DNA from: Dehalococcoidales bacterium
Lineage (GTDB): Bacteria > Chloroflexota > Dehalococcoidia > Dehalococcoidales > Fen-1064
Length of the DNA stretch: 56,399 bases
Direction: 5' to 3'
Assembly (NCBI GenBank): GCA_035529395.1
Contig: DATKWT010000058.1
Coordinates: 1 to 56,399, forward strand
In this document: one piece after another, positions 42,686 through 51,062 of the stretch
Numbering within the stretch: position 1 is the stretch's first letter
Layout: every line of letters starts with the position of its first letter
Made by a program: the position numbers and the translations under genes
Notes under the pieces: generated by a model
The model's database searches: none
Seen by the model: the letters and a program-made list of their open reading frames with translations, nothing else
What the model was told of the DNA's origin: nothing

Positions 42686-44290
42686 GTGGCCAGGATTAAC
42701 GGAGGCAAGCTGGTTGCCAGAGTGCTCAAGCAGGAGGGAGTAGAGTATATATTCGCCCTGTCCGGCGGGGAAATCGACCCTATATTCCAGGGTTGTACCG
42801 ACGAAGGTATTAAGGTCATAGACACCCGTCATGAACAGGCGGCGGTCTTCGCCGCCGAAGGCTGGGCTATGATGACGGGAAAACCGGGTATTGCCGCCGC
42901 CACCGCGGGGCCGGGATTCACCAACGCCGTCACCGGACTGTGGGACGCTTTCGGGAAGGCCTGCCCGATAATAGTCTTCGGGGGCAGGACAGGAATACAG
43001 AACTTCGAACTGGGTGCCCTCCAGGACATGAACTCCCTGGAACTGGCCAGCGCCATCACCAAGTGGGCACGGGCGGGCTACGAGACGAAACGAATCGCCG
43101 AGTATGTCAGCATGGCATTCCGGCAGGCCCTTGGCGGTCGACCGGGACCGGTCTACCTGGAGTTTCCCGTTGACGTGCTCAACGCTGAGATTGAAGAGGA
43201 TGAGGTAGTGCTGCCGACCAACTACCGGACAGACGCCCGACCCCAGGGAGACCCGGAGATGGTCAGGCAGGCCGTGGACATCCTTCTGAAGGCCGAACGA
43301 CCGCTGGTAATCGGCGGCATGGGCCTCTGGTGGTCGCAGGCCGCCGATGAGCTCCGCGAGTTCATTGAATTGACCGGTATACCTTTCAGCAGCAGTATCG
43401 GCAGCAGCTCGCTTCCCGCCGACCATCCGCTATGCCTCAATCCCCGCGTGGGAACCGACCAGGCAGACGCAATTCTGGTCATCGGCAAACGGATGGACTT
43501 CCTGATGGCTTACGGACGAGCCCCCCAGTTCAATAAGGACAGCAAGTGGATTCAGATAGACATCGAGCCCACCGAGATAGGGCGTAACCGGCCGATTGAC
43601 ATCGGCATTATCGGGGATGCGAAAGCGGTGCTGAGGCAGATGAGCGACGAAGCCCGCGACAGGTGCCAGGGCAGAAAGGAACTACCCTGGGTGGAGCAAT
43701 GCCACAAGCTTGTTATGGTCCAGCAGGAGCAGATGGCCGGCCTTATGAACTCCGATAGTAGCCCGGTCCATCCCGCCCGTCTCTGCCGGGAGATTCGTGA
43801 CTTCCTTGACCGGGACGCTACAATAGTTATGGATGGCGGTGAAATCTCCGGGTGGGGATTCAGGGTTTTGCGGAGCTATTACCCCGGGCACATGCTCAGC
43901 ATTCTCCCTACCGGGACACTCGGTGTGGGTCCCAGCTACTCAATAGCAGCCAGGCTGGCGAGACCGGACAATCAGGTGCTCTACCTCAGTGGCGACGGCT
44001 CGTTCGGGCTGAACGCCATGGAGTTTAACACCATGGTCAGGCATAACCTTCCCATTGTCTCCATAATCAGCAACGACGGCAGCTGGGGAGTGATAAAGCG
44101 CCTCCAGCAGAACAGGGGGACTGGCCGCGTGGTGGGGTCCGACCTGGGCTATGTCCGCTACGATAAGGTAGTCGAGGCCCTTGGCGGCTACGGAGAAGCA
44201 GTAGACAAACCGGAAGACATACGTCCTGCGCTGGAAAGGGCCTTCGCTTCGGGTCTGCCCGCCTGTATCAATGTGCGGACCTCCTTCTAG
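42686..44290 (+). CDS. ThDP-dependent enzyme, oxalyl-CoA decarboxylase / 2-hydroxyacyl-CoA lyase-like
   Basis: Contains TRHEQAAVFAAEGWA, GPGFTNAVTG and the ThDP motif GDGSFG...ISNDGSWG. It is collinear by eye with E. coli/O. formigenes Oxc (for example IQIDIEPTEIGRNRPIDIGIIGD versus [23 protein letters not shown]). An AAGGAGG SD precedes the GTG. Confidence 0.75.
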   Translation: MARINGGKLVARVLKQEGVEYIFALSGGEIDPIFQGCTDEGIKVIDTRHEQAAVFAAEGWAMMTGKPGIAAATAGPGFTNAVTGLWDAFGKACPIIVFGGRTGIQNFELGALQDMNSLELASAITKWARAGYETKRIAEYVSMAFRQALGGRPGPVYLEFPVDVLNAEIEEDEVVLPTNYRTDARPQGDPEMVRQAVDILLKAERPLVIGGMGLWWSQAADELREFIELTGIPFSSSIGSSSLPADHPLCLNPRVGTDQADAILVIGKRMDFLMAYGRAPQFNKDSKWIQIDIEPTEIGRNRPIDIGIIGDAKAVLRQMSDEARDRCQGRKELPWVEQCHKLVMVQQEQMAGLMNSDSSPVHPARLCREIRDFLDRDATIVMDGGEISGWGFRVLRSYYPGHMLSILPTGTLGVGPSYSIAARLARPDNQVLYLSGDGSFGLNAMEFNTMVRHNLPIVSIISNDGSWGVIKRLQQNRGTGRVVGSDLGYVRYDKVVEALGGYGEAVDKPEDIRPALERAFASGLPACINVRTSF

Positions 44291-44318
44291 GAGGGTAACG
44301 AAAAAACCTGAGGACACT

Positions 44319-44593
44319 CCTAACAGGTTGCTGAAAAACCCTTTCGACCAATCCCCGTGCGGCCCAGATGGAGCGCCTCTCAGAAGAGGCGGGGCCCCTC
44401 AGAAGGGGCGGTGCCTTCCCCTTCCTGTCCAGGAAAAGCCTTCCTACCGAGGAAGGGGGAAAAGATTATATCTGGGGGACACCGGCAGAATCTGGTTTCG
44501 GATTCTGCTAACGTCATTCTGTAAGAATGACGCCCAGACACCCCTGCCATAGGGGCGCTCCCTCTGGACTCCCCTTTTTCATCACCCTGCTAG
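44319..44593 (+). repeat. ~275-bp hairpin-rich MITE-like element, copy A
   Basis: It is a direct repeat of 45406-45706. The first 52 nt are identical, and a ~170-nt core differs by 2 substitutions and 1 indel by eye. Five to six stem-loops are present (for example GCAGAATC-TGGTTTCG-GATTCTGC and CGTCATTCT-GTA-AGAATGACG). The ends CTAACAGG / CCTGCTAG are 7/8 inverted. Confidence 0.8.
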
Positions 44594-44633
44594 ACCTGTG
44601 CCAGCCACAGTGCCGGGCATCACCACAGTCCGG

Positions 44634-45377
44634 TTACAGTCTGAGCAGGCGCTTGAGGTTTGCCGTAGCGGTCCGGCCAATTTCTTCGGTTGTAACGCCG
44701 CGGAGTGCGGCCACTTTCTCGGCCACTGCAACCACCTCTGCGGGACCGGCTGACTGCCCCCTCGGTGTAGCATCCGTCTCGGTGAGCAGCCGGTCGGACG
44801 GAATCCGGGTAACTGCCTCTTCCAGTTCGGGCATATCTCCAAGTACCGCCCTGCCGATAGCAACGTAGAACCCGATTTCAAGCCAGTCCTTCAACATGTC
44901 GCTGTCACCGGAGAACCCGTGGATGTTCCCTGTCAACCCGGAGCCGACCTCCCTGCGAAGCAGTCCCATCATGTCGGCATGGGCTTCGCGACAGTGCAGG
45001 TTTACAGGCAGACCTTTCTCGTGGGCCAGTGACAGCTCATACTTCAGCAGTTCTCTCTGCTCGGTTGCCGTCTGTGGACTTCGGGCATAGTCCAGTCCTA
45101 TTTCACCCATGGCAACAACGCTTTCCGTGATGGCAAGCTCTTCAAGACGACGGCACAGTTCGTCCGTGGGGGCAACGGCATTCCAGGGATGGATTCCTAC
45201 CGCAGCCAGTACTACCCGGTGAGTCCTCGCCAGGCGGATGGCCTCTTCCGATGACTCCAGGCTCATCCCCGTTGTCAGTATTATGTCAAGATTGCTGGCC
45301 GCCGCCCTCTCAAGTACCTCCATAAGCTGTTGTTCCGACTCAAAACCGTCCATGTGGCAGTGGCTGTCTGAAAACAC
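44634..45377 (-). CDS. tatD: TatD family metal-dependent hydrolase/DNase
   Basis: MFSDSHCHMD..., GIHPW, GEIGLDY and HCREAH are TatD motifs. Confidence 0.85.
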   Translation of the reverse strand: MFSDSHCHMDGFESEQQLMEVLERAAASNLDIILTTGMSLESSEEAIRLARTHRVVLAAVGIHPWNAVAPTDELCRRLEELAITESVVAMGEIGLDYARSPQTATEQRELLKYELSLAHEKGLPVNLHCREAHADMMGLLRREVGSGLTGNIHGFSGDSDMLKDWLEIGFYVAIGRAVLGDMPELEEAVTRIPSDRLLTETDATPRGQSAGPAEVVAVAEKVAALRGVTTEEIGRTATANLKRLLRL

Positions 45378-45405
45378 CGTCTACCTCCTGCAACCCGCAT
45401 TCTGC

Positions 45406-45706
45406 CCTAACAGGTTGCTGAAAAACCCTTTCGACCAATCCCCGTGCGGCCCAGATGTGGCGCCCCTCAGAAGGGGCGGTGCCTTCCCCTTCCTGTCCAG
45501 GAAGAGCCTTCCTACCGAGGAAGGGGGGAAAGATTGTATCTGGGGGACACCGGCAGAATCTGGTTTCGGATTCTGCTAACGTCATTCTGTAAGAATGACG
45601 CCCAGACACCCCTGCCAAAGGAGGCTTCGGCCCCTCTCAGAAGAGGGGTTTCGCCCCTTCTGAGGGGCGCTCCCTCTGGACTCTCCTTTTTCATCACTCT
45701 GCTAAG
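45406..45706 (+). repeat. ~300-bp hairpin-rich MITE-like element, copy B
   Basis: It has the same orientation as copy A and lies 1087 bp downstream of it. It lacks one 24-nt hairpin module present in A and carries an extra ~46-nt module pair (GCCCCTCTCAGAAGAGGGG..., GCCCCTTCTGAGGGGC) near its 3' end. Confidence 0.8.
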
Positions 45707-45877
45707 ATACAACCATGCAGTAATCCTGTCAATCACCGGCCAGAAGCAACAATGGCCGTTTACCACCGTATGATATACTGAAAGGCAAAGAGTTTCACTT
45801 CGGGTGTACGGAGCAAGTACAGACGCCGAATGCCGGACTGGTGAGGGCCCTCACCTCCACAGAAGGGGTCGACATCC

Positions 45878-47158
45878 ATGCCGCTGATGGTTAATCCATA
45901 TTCAAGGGCGACACAATACCTGCGTGGAAACGTGCTTAACCGCTTCCCACGCGGGATTTGGGCGCTCATGGTCATTCAGCTGGTTGCTTCGGCAGGTTTC
46001 TCCATTTGCCTGCCTTTTTTACCCCTGTACCTCCACCAGGAACGTGGCCTGGTGATGACACTGGTCGGTGTACTTTTTCTTATCGGGGGCATCTGCTCCT
46101 CTACCACTCAGATGGTGGGAGGCGTGCTGGCTGACCGACTCGGTCGGCGACGACTGCTTCTCGGTACCTCTATCATCAGGATGTTCCTCTACTCGGGGCT
46201 GGCTGTCCTGATAGCGACCTCGGCACCGGTATGGAGCATCATCACCATCTATATCGCCGGCCAGTCAGCAGGAATGATGATGCGTCCCGCCATGACAGCC
46301 ATGGTGGCTGACCTCTCTCCCGAGAACCAGCTTACCGAGACCTATGGACTCCTGCGGGTAGGACAGAATATTGGCTGGGCAATGGGCCCGGCAGTGGGCG
46401 GATACCTGATAACCTTCCTGCCTTACGCCTGGCTCTTCGGAGTGACCGCCCTATCAAGCATCCTGACTTTCTCTCTGATATTCCTGCTCCTCAGGGAGTC
46501 CTACGTTGCCACCACGGACCGCGTAGACTTCCGCAGTATGTTCACCGCAGCCACCGACCGGACCTTCCTGGCTTTCAGTGGCCTTTGCCTGCTGGTGTTC
46601 ATGACGATGGGACAGCTTGGCAGTACCCTGTCTATCTTCACGGTGGACCGGATGGGCCTGTCAACTGCCCAGTACGGGATGCTGCTCACCGCCAACGGTA
46701 TTATCGTGGTATTGTTCCAGTACCCGGTGGCGCGCTGGGCAGGAAGACTGACCAGGGCCCGAGGTATGATACTGGGGAGTCTGTTCTTCGGCATCGGCTG
46801 GCTGTCTATGGGCTGGGTCCAGAACTTCGGCTGGGCGCTGGCATCGATAGCGATTGTCACCGCCGGAGAGATAACGTTCACTCCACTGTCACTATCAACA
46901 GTGGGACAGCTTGCACCATCAGACCGTCGAGGGCGGTACATGGGGTTCTTCGGACTGAGCCAGAGTCTGAGTATGTCCCTGGGACCGCTGTTCGGCGGGG
47001 TCCTGCTCGACACTTTTCCTCGTGAGCCATGGTTTATCTGGAGTACAATCAGCGCTGTGGCTTTTATTGCTGCAGTGGGCTTCTACCTGTGGGGCACGAG
47101 GGCCCGGATTGGTCCGTCTGTCGATTACCATCTGACCGATTCACAGGACAAACCGTAA
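45878..47158 (+). CDS. MFS transporter
   Basis: About 12 TM segments with the loop motif ADRLGRRRLL. The start codon is uncertain because the SD is weak. Confidence 0.8.
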   Translation: MPLMVNPYSRATQYLRGNVLNRFPRGIWALMVIQLVASAGFSICLPFLPLYLHQERGLVMTLVGVLFLIGGICSSTTQMVGGVLADRLGRRRLLLGTSIIRMFLYSGLAVLIATSAPVWSIITIYIAGQSAGMMMRPAMTAMVADLSPENQLTETYGLLRVGQNIGWAMGPAVGGYLITFLPYAWLFGVTALSSILTFSLIFLLLRESYVATTDRVDFRSMFTAATDRTFLAFSGLCLLVFMTMGQLGSTLSIFTVDRMGLSTAQYGMLLTANGIIVVLFQYPVARWAGRLTRARGMILGSLFFGIGWLSMGWVQNFGWALASIAIVTAGEITFTPLSLSTVGQLAPSDRRGRYMGFFGLSQSLSMSLGPLFGGVLLDTFPREPWFIWSTISAVAFIAAVGFYLWGTRARIGPSVDYHLTDSQDKP

Positions 47159-47403
47159 CTGGAAAGACCCCGCCCGGGGCAGGGTCCACAGATACAAACG
47201 TTTCCAGGTGATGCGGGGAAGTGAGACGGCAGGCGTTCAGAAGACTACTTGTCGGTCTTCTCCTTCTGCTTTCCAGTGGCAACCGGCATCGGCTATACCG
47301 GAGTGTCACTGATATACCGGACGAGTACAAAGCCTTGCGTTCCGGCGGCTCTTGATATAATCTTAGGTGTATCTGAAGCACAACCTCAGACACGTGGGAG
47401 AGC

Positions 47404-48075
47404 ATGACCATTCAGCGGGAGTTCCTGGAATCAATCCCCTACTTCACCGGACTTGACGCAACTGAGCTGGACTCAGTGCGGCAGCTTATATTCGAGAGGA
47501 CGGTCGACCGCAACGAAATAATCCAGTTCGAGGGCGAATCCGCCGAGGCGCTTTTCTTCATCGCCTCGGGTGCAGTCAAGGTATTCAAGACGTCCGCTGA
47601 AGGTAAGGAACAGATTCTGAGCATAGCACGACCCGGGGATTCCTTTAACGACATCGCCATTTTCGATGACGGTCCTGCACCAGCCAGTGCCCAGACAATG
47701 AGTCCCGTCGTACTCTATGGGATATCAAAGAACGAAATCCAGACCATCCTGAGGCAGCACCCGCAGGTGGCCCTGAATACCATCAGGGTACTCGTTGACC
47801 GGACACGACAGTTGGTGGAGCTTGTAGAGGACCTCTCCTTCCGGCACGTCATTGGCCGCGTAGCCAAGATACTCCTGGAACACGCCGGCGACGGCACCTC
47901 TCCCAGGCCGCGGCTGACCCAGCAGGATATGGCCGCCATGGCGGGTACCGTTCGGGAGGTCGTCGCCCGGTCGCTCAAGGCACTGGAAGAGGAAGGGGCT
48001 ATCAGGCTGGAGCGGCACCAGATAAAGATAGCCGACAAAGAAGCACTCGAAGATATGGTAGCAGCATCGGTCTGA
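47404..48075 (+). CDS. Crp/Fnr family transcriptional regulator (cNMP-binding plus C-terminal HTH; no N-terminal Cys cluster)
   Basis: 223 aa with a cNMP-binding beta-barrel pattern (FFIASGAVKVF...EGKEQILSIARPGDSF) and the HTH LTQQDMAAMAGTVREVVARSLKALEEEG. Confidence 0.85.
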   Translation: MTIQREFLESIPYFTGLDATELDSVRQLIFERTVDRNEIIQFEGESAEALFFIASGAVKVFKTSAEGKEQILSIARPGDSFNDIAIFDDGPAPASAQTMSPVVLYGISKNEIQTILRQHPQVALNTIRVLVDRTRQLVELVEDLSFRHVIGRVAKILLEHAGDGTSPRPRLTQQDMAAMAGTVREVVARSLKALEEEGAIRLERHQIKIADKEALEDMVAASV

Positions 48076-48140
48076 GATATATGTTACAGACTGAGACGCA
48101 GTACCAGGATATAGTATAAGAAAGACGGGGGTAGACTACA

Positions 48141-48356
48141 TTGCCGTTCATGCCACAAATCGATAAGGATAAGTGCGACAACTGCGGACTTTGCGTCAGT
48201 GTGTGTACCTGTGGTGCGTTGGTCTATATCGAAGAGACTGTCACCGTTATTGAGACCCAGGCCTGTGGCTGGTGCATGATGTGCGAAGCTGTATGCCCCC
48301 TCGGAGCCATTACCTGTCCCTTTGAGATAGTACTCGACGAAGTGACCCGGCCTTAA
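48141..48356 (+). CDS. 2x[4Fe-4S] ferredoxin
   Basis: Contains CDNCGLCVSVC and CGWCMMCEAVCP. The start is either TTG 48141 (GGGGG SD 8 nt upstream) or ATG 48150. Confidence 0.8.
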   Translation: MPFMPQIDKDKCDNCGLCVSVCTCGALVYIEETVTVIETQACGWCMMCEAVCPLGAITCPFEIVLDEVTRP

Positions 48357-48538
48357 CCGGTAACCACAGCCTGTACGGCCAGTATATCCCACTTTTTAAC
48401 CTGCTGGCATCCCTCCTCCTTCACCCAACCGCAGCTACCCCAAAGAGACAAATGTTACATACAATGTCTCTCCTTGCGCCTAGAATTGAGTAGAACATCA
48501 AGGGAGAGAACCCGGCGCGGATGAAGGAGGTGTGGCTG

Positions 48539-48724
48539 ATGCTAAGGTGGAGATTTAAGGCCTGTCCCCGATGTGGTGGTGACAGTTATATAGACAATGA
48601 CATAGATGGCTGGTACGAGCAATGCCTTTTGTGTGGCCACCGCCGGGAACTGAAGGACCTTGAACAGTTCATGAAGCGACCGGTACGAACCGCAGGTAAA
48701 CATGATGACCTGAATGCAGCCTGA
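48539..48724 (+). CDS. Small zinc-ribbon protein, unknown function
   Basis: CPRCGG...CLLCGH. ATG 48539 has a GGAGGTG SD 6 nt upstream. The protein is 61 aa. Confidence 0.55.
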   Translation: MLRWRFKACPRCGGDSYIDNDIDGWYEQCLLCGHRRELKDLEQFMKRPVRTAGKHDDLNAA

Positions 48725-48798
48725 CGCTGCCAGCAAGGTCACCGACACAAGAAATATGCTATATTGATAGTAGCAGGGATAAAAAAGGATACATCGGA

Positions 48799-49014
48799 TT
48801 GCCTATCTACGAATACGAATGTGAAGAATGCTCGACCCGATTTGAAGTACGTCGCAGCTTTCACGATACATCTATGGAGTCCTGTCCCCAGTGCGAAGGA
48901 GATACCCACCGTGTTTTCCAACCCACCGCGGTTATCTTCAAAGGGTCAGGCTTTTACGTAACCGACAGCAGGAAACACTCCTCACCGCCCGGGGGTGATT
49001 CGTCCTCGGGGTAG
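48799..49014 (+). CDS. FmdB family zinc-ribbon protein
   Basis: (M)PIYEYECEECSTRFE...CPQCEG...RVF is the FmdB/CxxC_CxxC_SSSS signature. The start codon is TTG. Confidence 0.75.
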   Translation: MPIYEYECEECSTRFEVRRSFHDTSMESCPQCEGDTHRVFQPTAVIFKGSGFYVTDSRKHSSPPGGDSSSG

Positions 49015-49049
49015 CGCATCAGTCCGGTTTCACCACAGAATCCAACATG

Positions 49050-49077
49050 AAGGGCACCTTATGGGTGCCTTTTCTCA
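49050..49077 (+). terminator. Rho-independent terminator after the FmdB-like gene
   Basis: AGGGCACC-TTAT-GGGTGCCT followed by TTTCTC (6-8 bp stem). Confidence 0.6.
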
Positions 49078-49111
49078 TGTCCGCAGCAATTACCAACATG
49101 GCCAAACTCTC

Positions 49112-49141
49112 TTGACATGCACCAGCGCCTGTGCCAATATT
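49112..49141 (+). promoter_or_regulatory. Candidate promoter of the six-gene CoA operon
   Basis: TTGACA (49112-49117), an 18-nt spacer, then AATATT (49136-49141). Confidence 0.5.
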
Positions 49142-49157
49142 CGTGCATTACCGATGT

Positions 49158-49185
49158 GTTAGTACCCGACCAGCCAGGTACTAAC
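49158..49185. promoter_or_regulatory. 9-bp perfect inverted repeat just downstream of the promoter (operator or 5'-UTR hairpin)
   Basis: GTTAGTACC (49158-49166), a 10-nt spacer, then GGTACTAAC (49177-49185). Confidence 0.45.
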
Positions 49186-49205
49186 TAACTAAGGAAAGGA
49201 GACTA

Positions 49206-50183
49206 TTGACTATGGAAGTACTGGCTTCAGGCAAGGGAGTGTACCGGACCCCGGACCCGGACGGTCACCGGGAATGGGTGCGGACGCACAAGTCCCGGGA
49301 GCTGAAGAGCAAGGTGATGACAGCCAAAGAGGCCGTCGAGAAGTTCGTCAGTGATGGTGACTATCTGGGTTACGACCTCAACATCCACAAGAGAGGGCCT
49401 GCTGCCCTCATGCACGAGATTATCCGCCAGAAGAAGAAGGACCTCTGGGTGGCTGTCAGGTTCAGCGGCATGGACCCGGCCATTCTCATCGCCGGTGGCT
49501 GTGTCAGCCGGATTGACATCGGCTGGTTCATCCAGAGCGGTACCTGCTCCCGGGCAATCCAGGAAGGCTTAATCAAGGTCACCGAGTGGACCAATGGCGC
49601 AGTGGTCTACCGCGAACTTGCCGGCGCCATGGGGCTGCCCTTCCTGCCTCTCCGCTACATTGGCGGTACCGACACCTTCGAGCAGTCCGGTGCCAAGCTT
49701 ATCAAAGACCCCTTCACCGGACAGGAGATATGCCTCGTCCCGGCGCTCAACCTGGACGTTGCTGTCGTTCATGTCCACCAGTGCGACGAGTTTGGTAATG
49801 CCCGCATTTTCGGTTCCGGCCTTTCCCCGATGGAGACTTGTTCCTGTGCCAAGAAGCTTATCATCTCTACCGAGGAGGTTGTCAGTTCCGATGAGATACG
49901 GCGTCGCCCACAGCTCACCACTGTTCCTTACTACATGGTCGATGCTGTGGTAAATGTGCCGTTTGGCACGTATCCGGGTGCCATGCCGGGGCTCTATGGC
50001 AGCGACCCGGAGCACATGATAGAGATGATGATGGCTGACCGCATGGGTACCATGGACGCATATCTGGAGAAATGGGTCTACGCTTTTGAGTCCCACGCCG
50101 AGATGCTGGACAAGCTGGTGGGAGCCAGAAAGCTCATTCAGTTGATGCAGGCCGAGACTTTCAGGGAGGGTTACCGCGCATGA
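49206..50183 (+). CDS. CoA-transferase subunit A, glutaconate CoA-transferase GctA-like
   Basis: SKVMTAKEAVEKFVSDGDYLGY, GLPFLP, VAVVHVHQCDEFGNARI and IISTEEVVSSDEIRRRP...VDAVVNVPFG parallel A. fermentans GctA as I recall it. The start is TTG 49206 or ATG 49212. Confidence 0.8.
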   Translation: MTMEVLASGKGVYRTPDPDGHREWVRTHKSRELKSKVMTAKEAVEKFVSDGDYLGYDLNIHKRGPAALMHEIIRQKKKDLWVAVRFSGMDPAILIAGGCVSRIDIGWFIQSGTCSRAIQEGLIKVTEWTNGAVVYRELAGAMGLPFLPLRYIGGTDTFEQSGAKLIKDPFTGQEICLVPALNLDVAVVHVHQCDEFGNARIFGSGLSPMETCSCAKKLIISTEEVVSSDEIRRRPQLTTVPYYMVDAVVNVPFGTYPGAMPGLYGSDPEHMIEMMMADRMGTMDAYLEKWVYAFESHAEMLDKLVGARKLIQLMQAETFREGYRA

Positions 50184-51001
50184 GTGAGACAATCAACTTC
50201 ACCACAACCGAGTCACTCCTTATCAATGTCGCCAACCTGATTGAGAACAACAAGTACTACTGGGTGGCCATCGGCGGGTCACCGATGATGGCGATGATGC
50301 TGGCAAGGAAGACCCTTGCCCCCAGAGCTTATTACGTCGTTGAGGATGGCACCATATGTCCGGACCCGTTGGAGTATGTCCCGTTCCTTTCCGGGGCAAG
50401 CGGCGCTGCCGAGTACCGCGCTGTTGCCTGGAAGGATATGAATACCGTCGGTTTCCACTGCGCCATGGGCTACTACGACTACGGTATTCTGGACTGTCTC
50501 CAGGTAGACATGTACGGCAACATTAACTCTACATTCATCGGTGGGAGTTATGAGCACCCGGAAAGGCGGTTTGGTGGCCCGGGCGGCGCCAACGAGATAG
50601 CCTCAATGTGCTGGCAGACAATCTTCATGGCCGACCAGGAGAAGCGCAAGTACCCCAGGAGAGTCGATTTCATCTCGTCTCCGGGCTATCTGGATGGCTC
50701 TCCTCGCGCCCGCGAAAGGGCCGGTCTCCCGGCAAACACCGGACCATACCGGGTGGTCTCGGAGATAGCCATGTTCGGCTTCGATGAAGAGACCCACATG
50801 ATGAAGCTCCTGGCGATTGCGCCCTGGGTTACCCTGGACGACCTGCTTGTCGAGATGGACTTCGAACCGCTCATCGCCGACCCACTGGAGAAACTGCCGC
50901 CACCGACCGAGCAGCAGCTTACGGTACTACGTGCCGAGATTGACCCCGGCGGCCGTGTCCTCGGTCAGGGTACATGGATTGAGTACAAACCGGAGGACTG
51001 A
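50180..51001 (+). CDS. CoA-transferase subunit B, GctB-like
   Basis: It is translationally coupled to subunit A (ATGA overlap). It has GctB-like size and pattern (GGPGGANEIA, ISSPGYLDG). Confidence 0.75.
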   Translation: MSETINFTTTESLLINVANLIENNKYYWVAIGGSPMMAMMLARKTLAPRAYYVVEDGTICPDPLEYVPFLSGASGAAEYRAVAWKDMNTVGFHCAMGYYDYGILDCLQVDMYGNINSTFIGGSYEHPERRFGGPGGANEIASMCWQTIFMADQEKRKYPRRVDFISSPGYLDGSPRARERAGLPANTGPYRVVSEIAMFGFDEETHMMKLLAIAPWVTLDDLLVEMDFEPLIADPLEKLPPPTEQQLTVLRAEIDPGGRVLGQGTWIEYKPED

Positions 51002-51062
51002 GTCTGCCGTATAAATCAAGGGCCGGCTCGAGAAGAGAAGTAAAAAGCAGAAGGAGTGACTA

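Noticed and set aside
44319-45706. tatD as an integron gene cassette flanked by attC sites
   Set aside because: The element starts with CCTAAC, which resembles an inverse core site. However, I could not find matching RYYYAAC/GTTRRRY core pairs at both ends. The repeats are far larger and more multi-hairpin than attC sites, and no intI gene is in the window.
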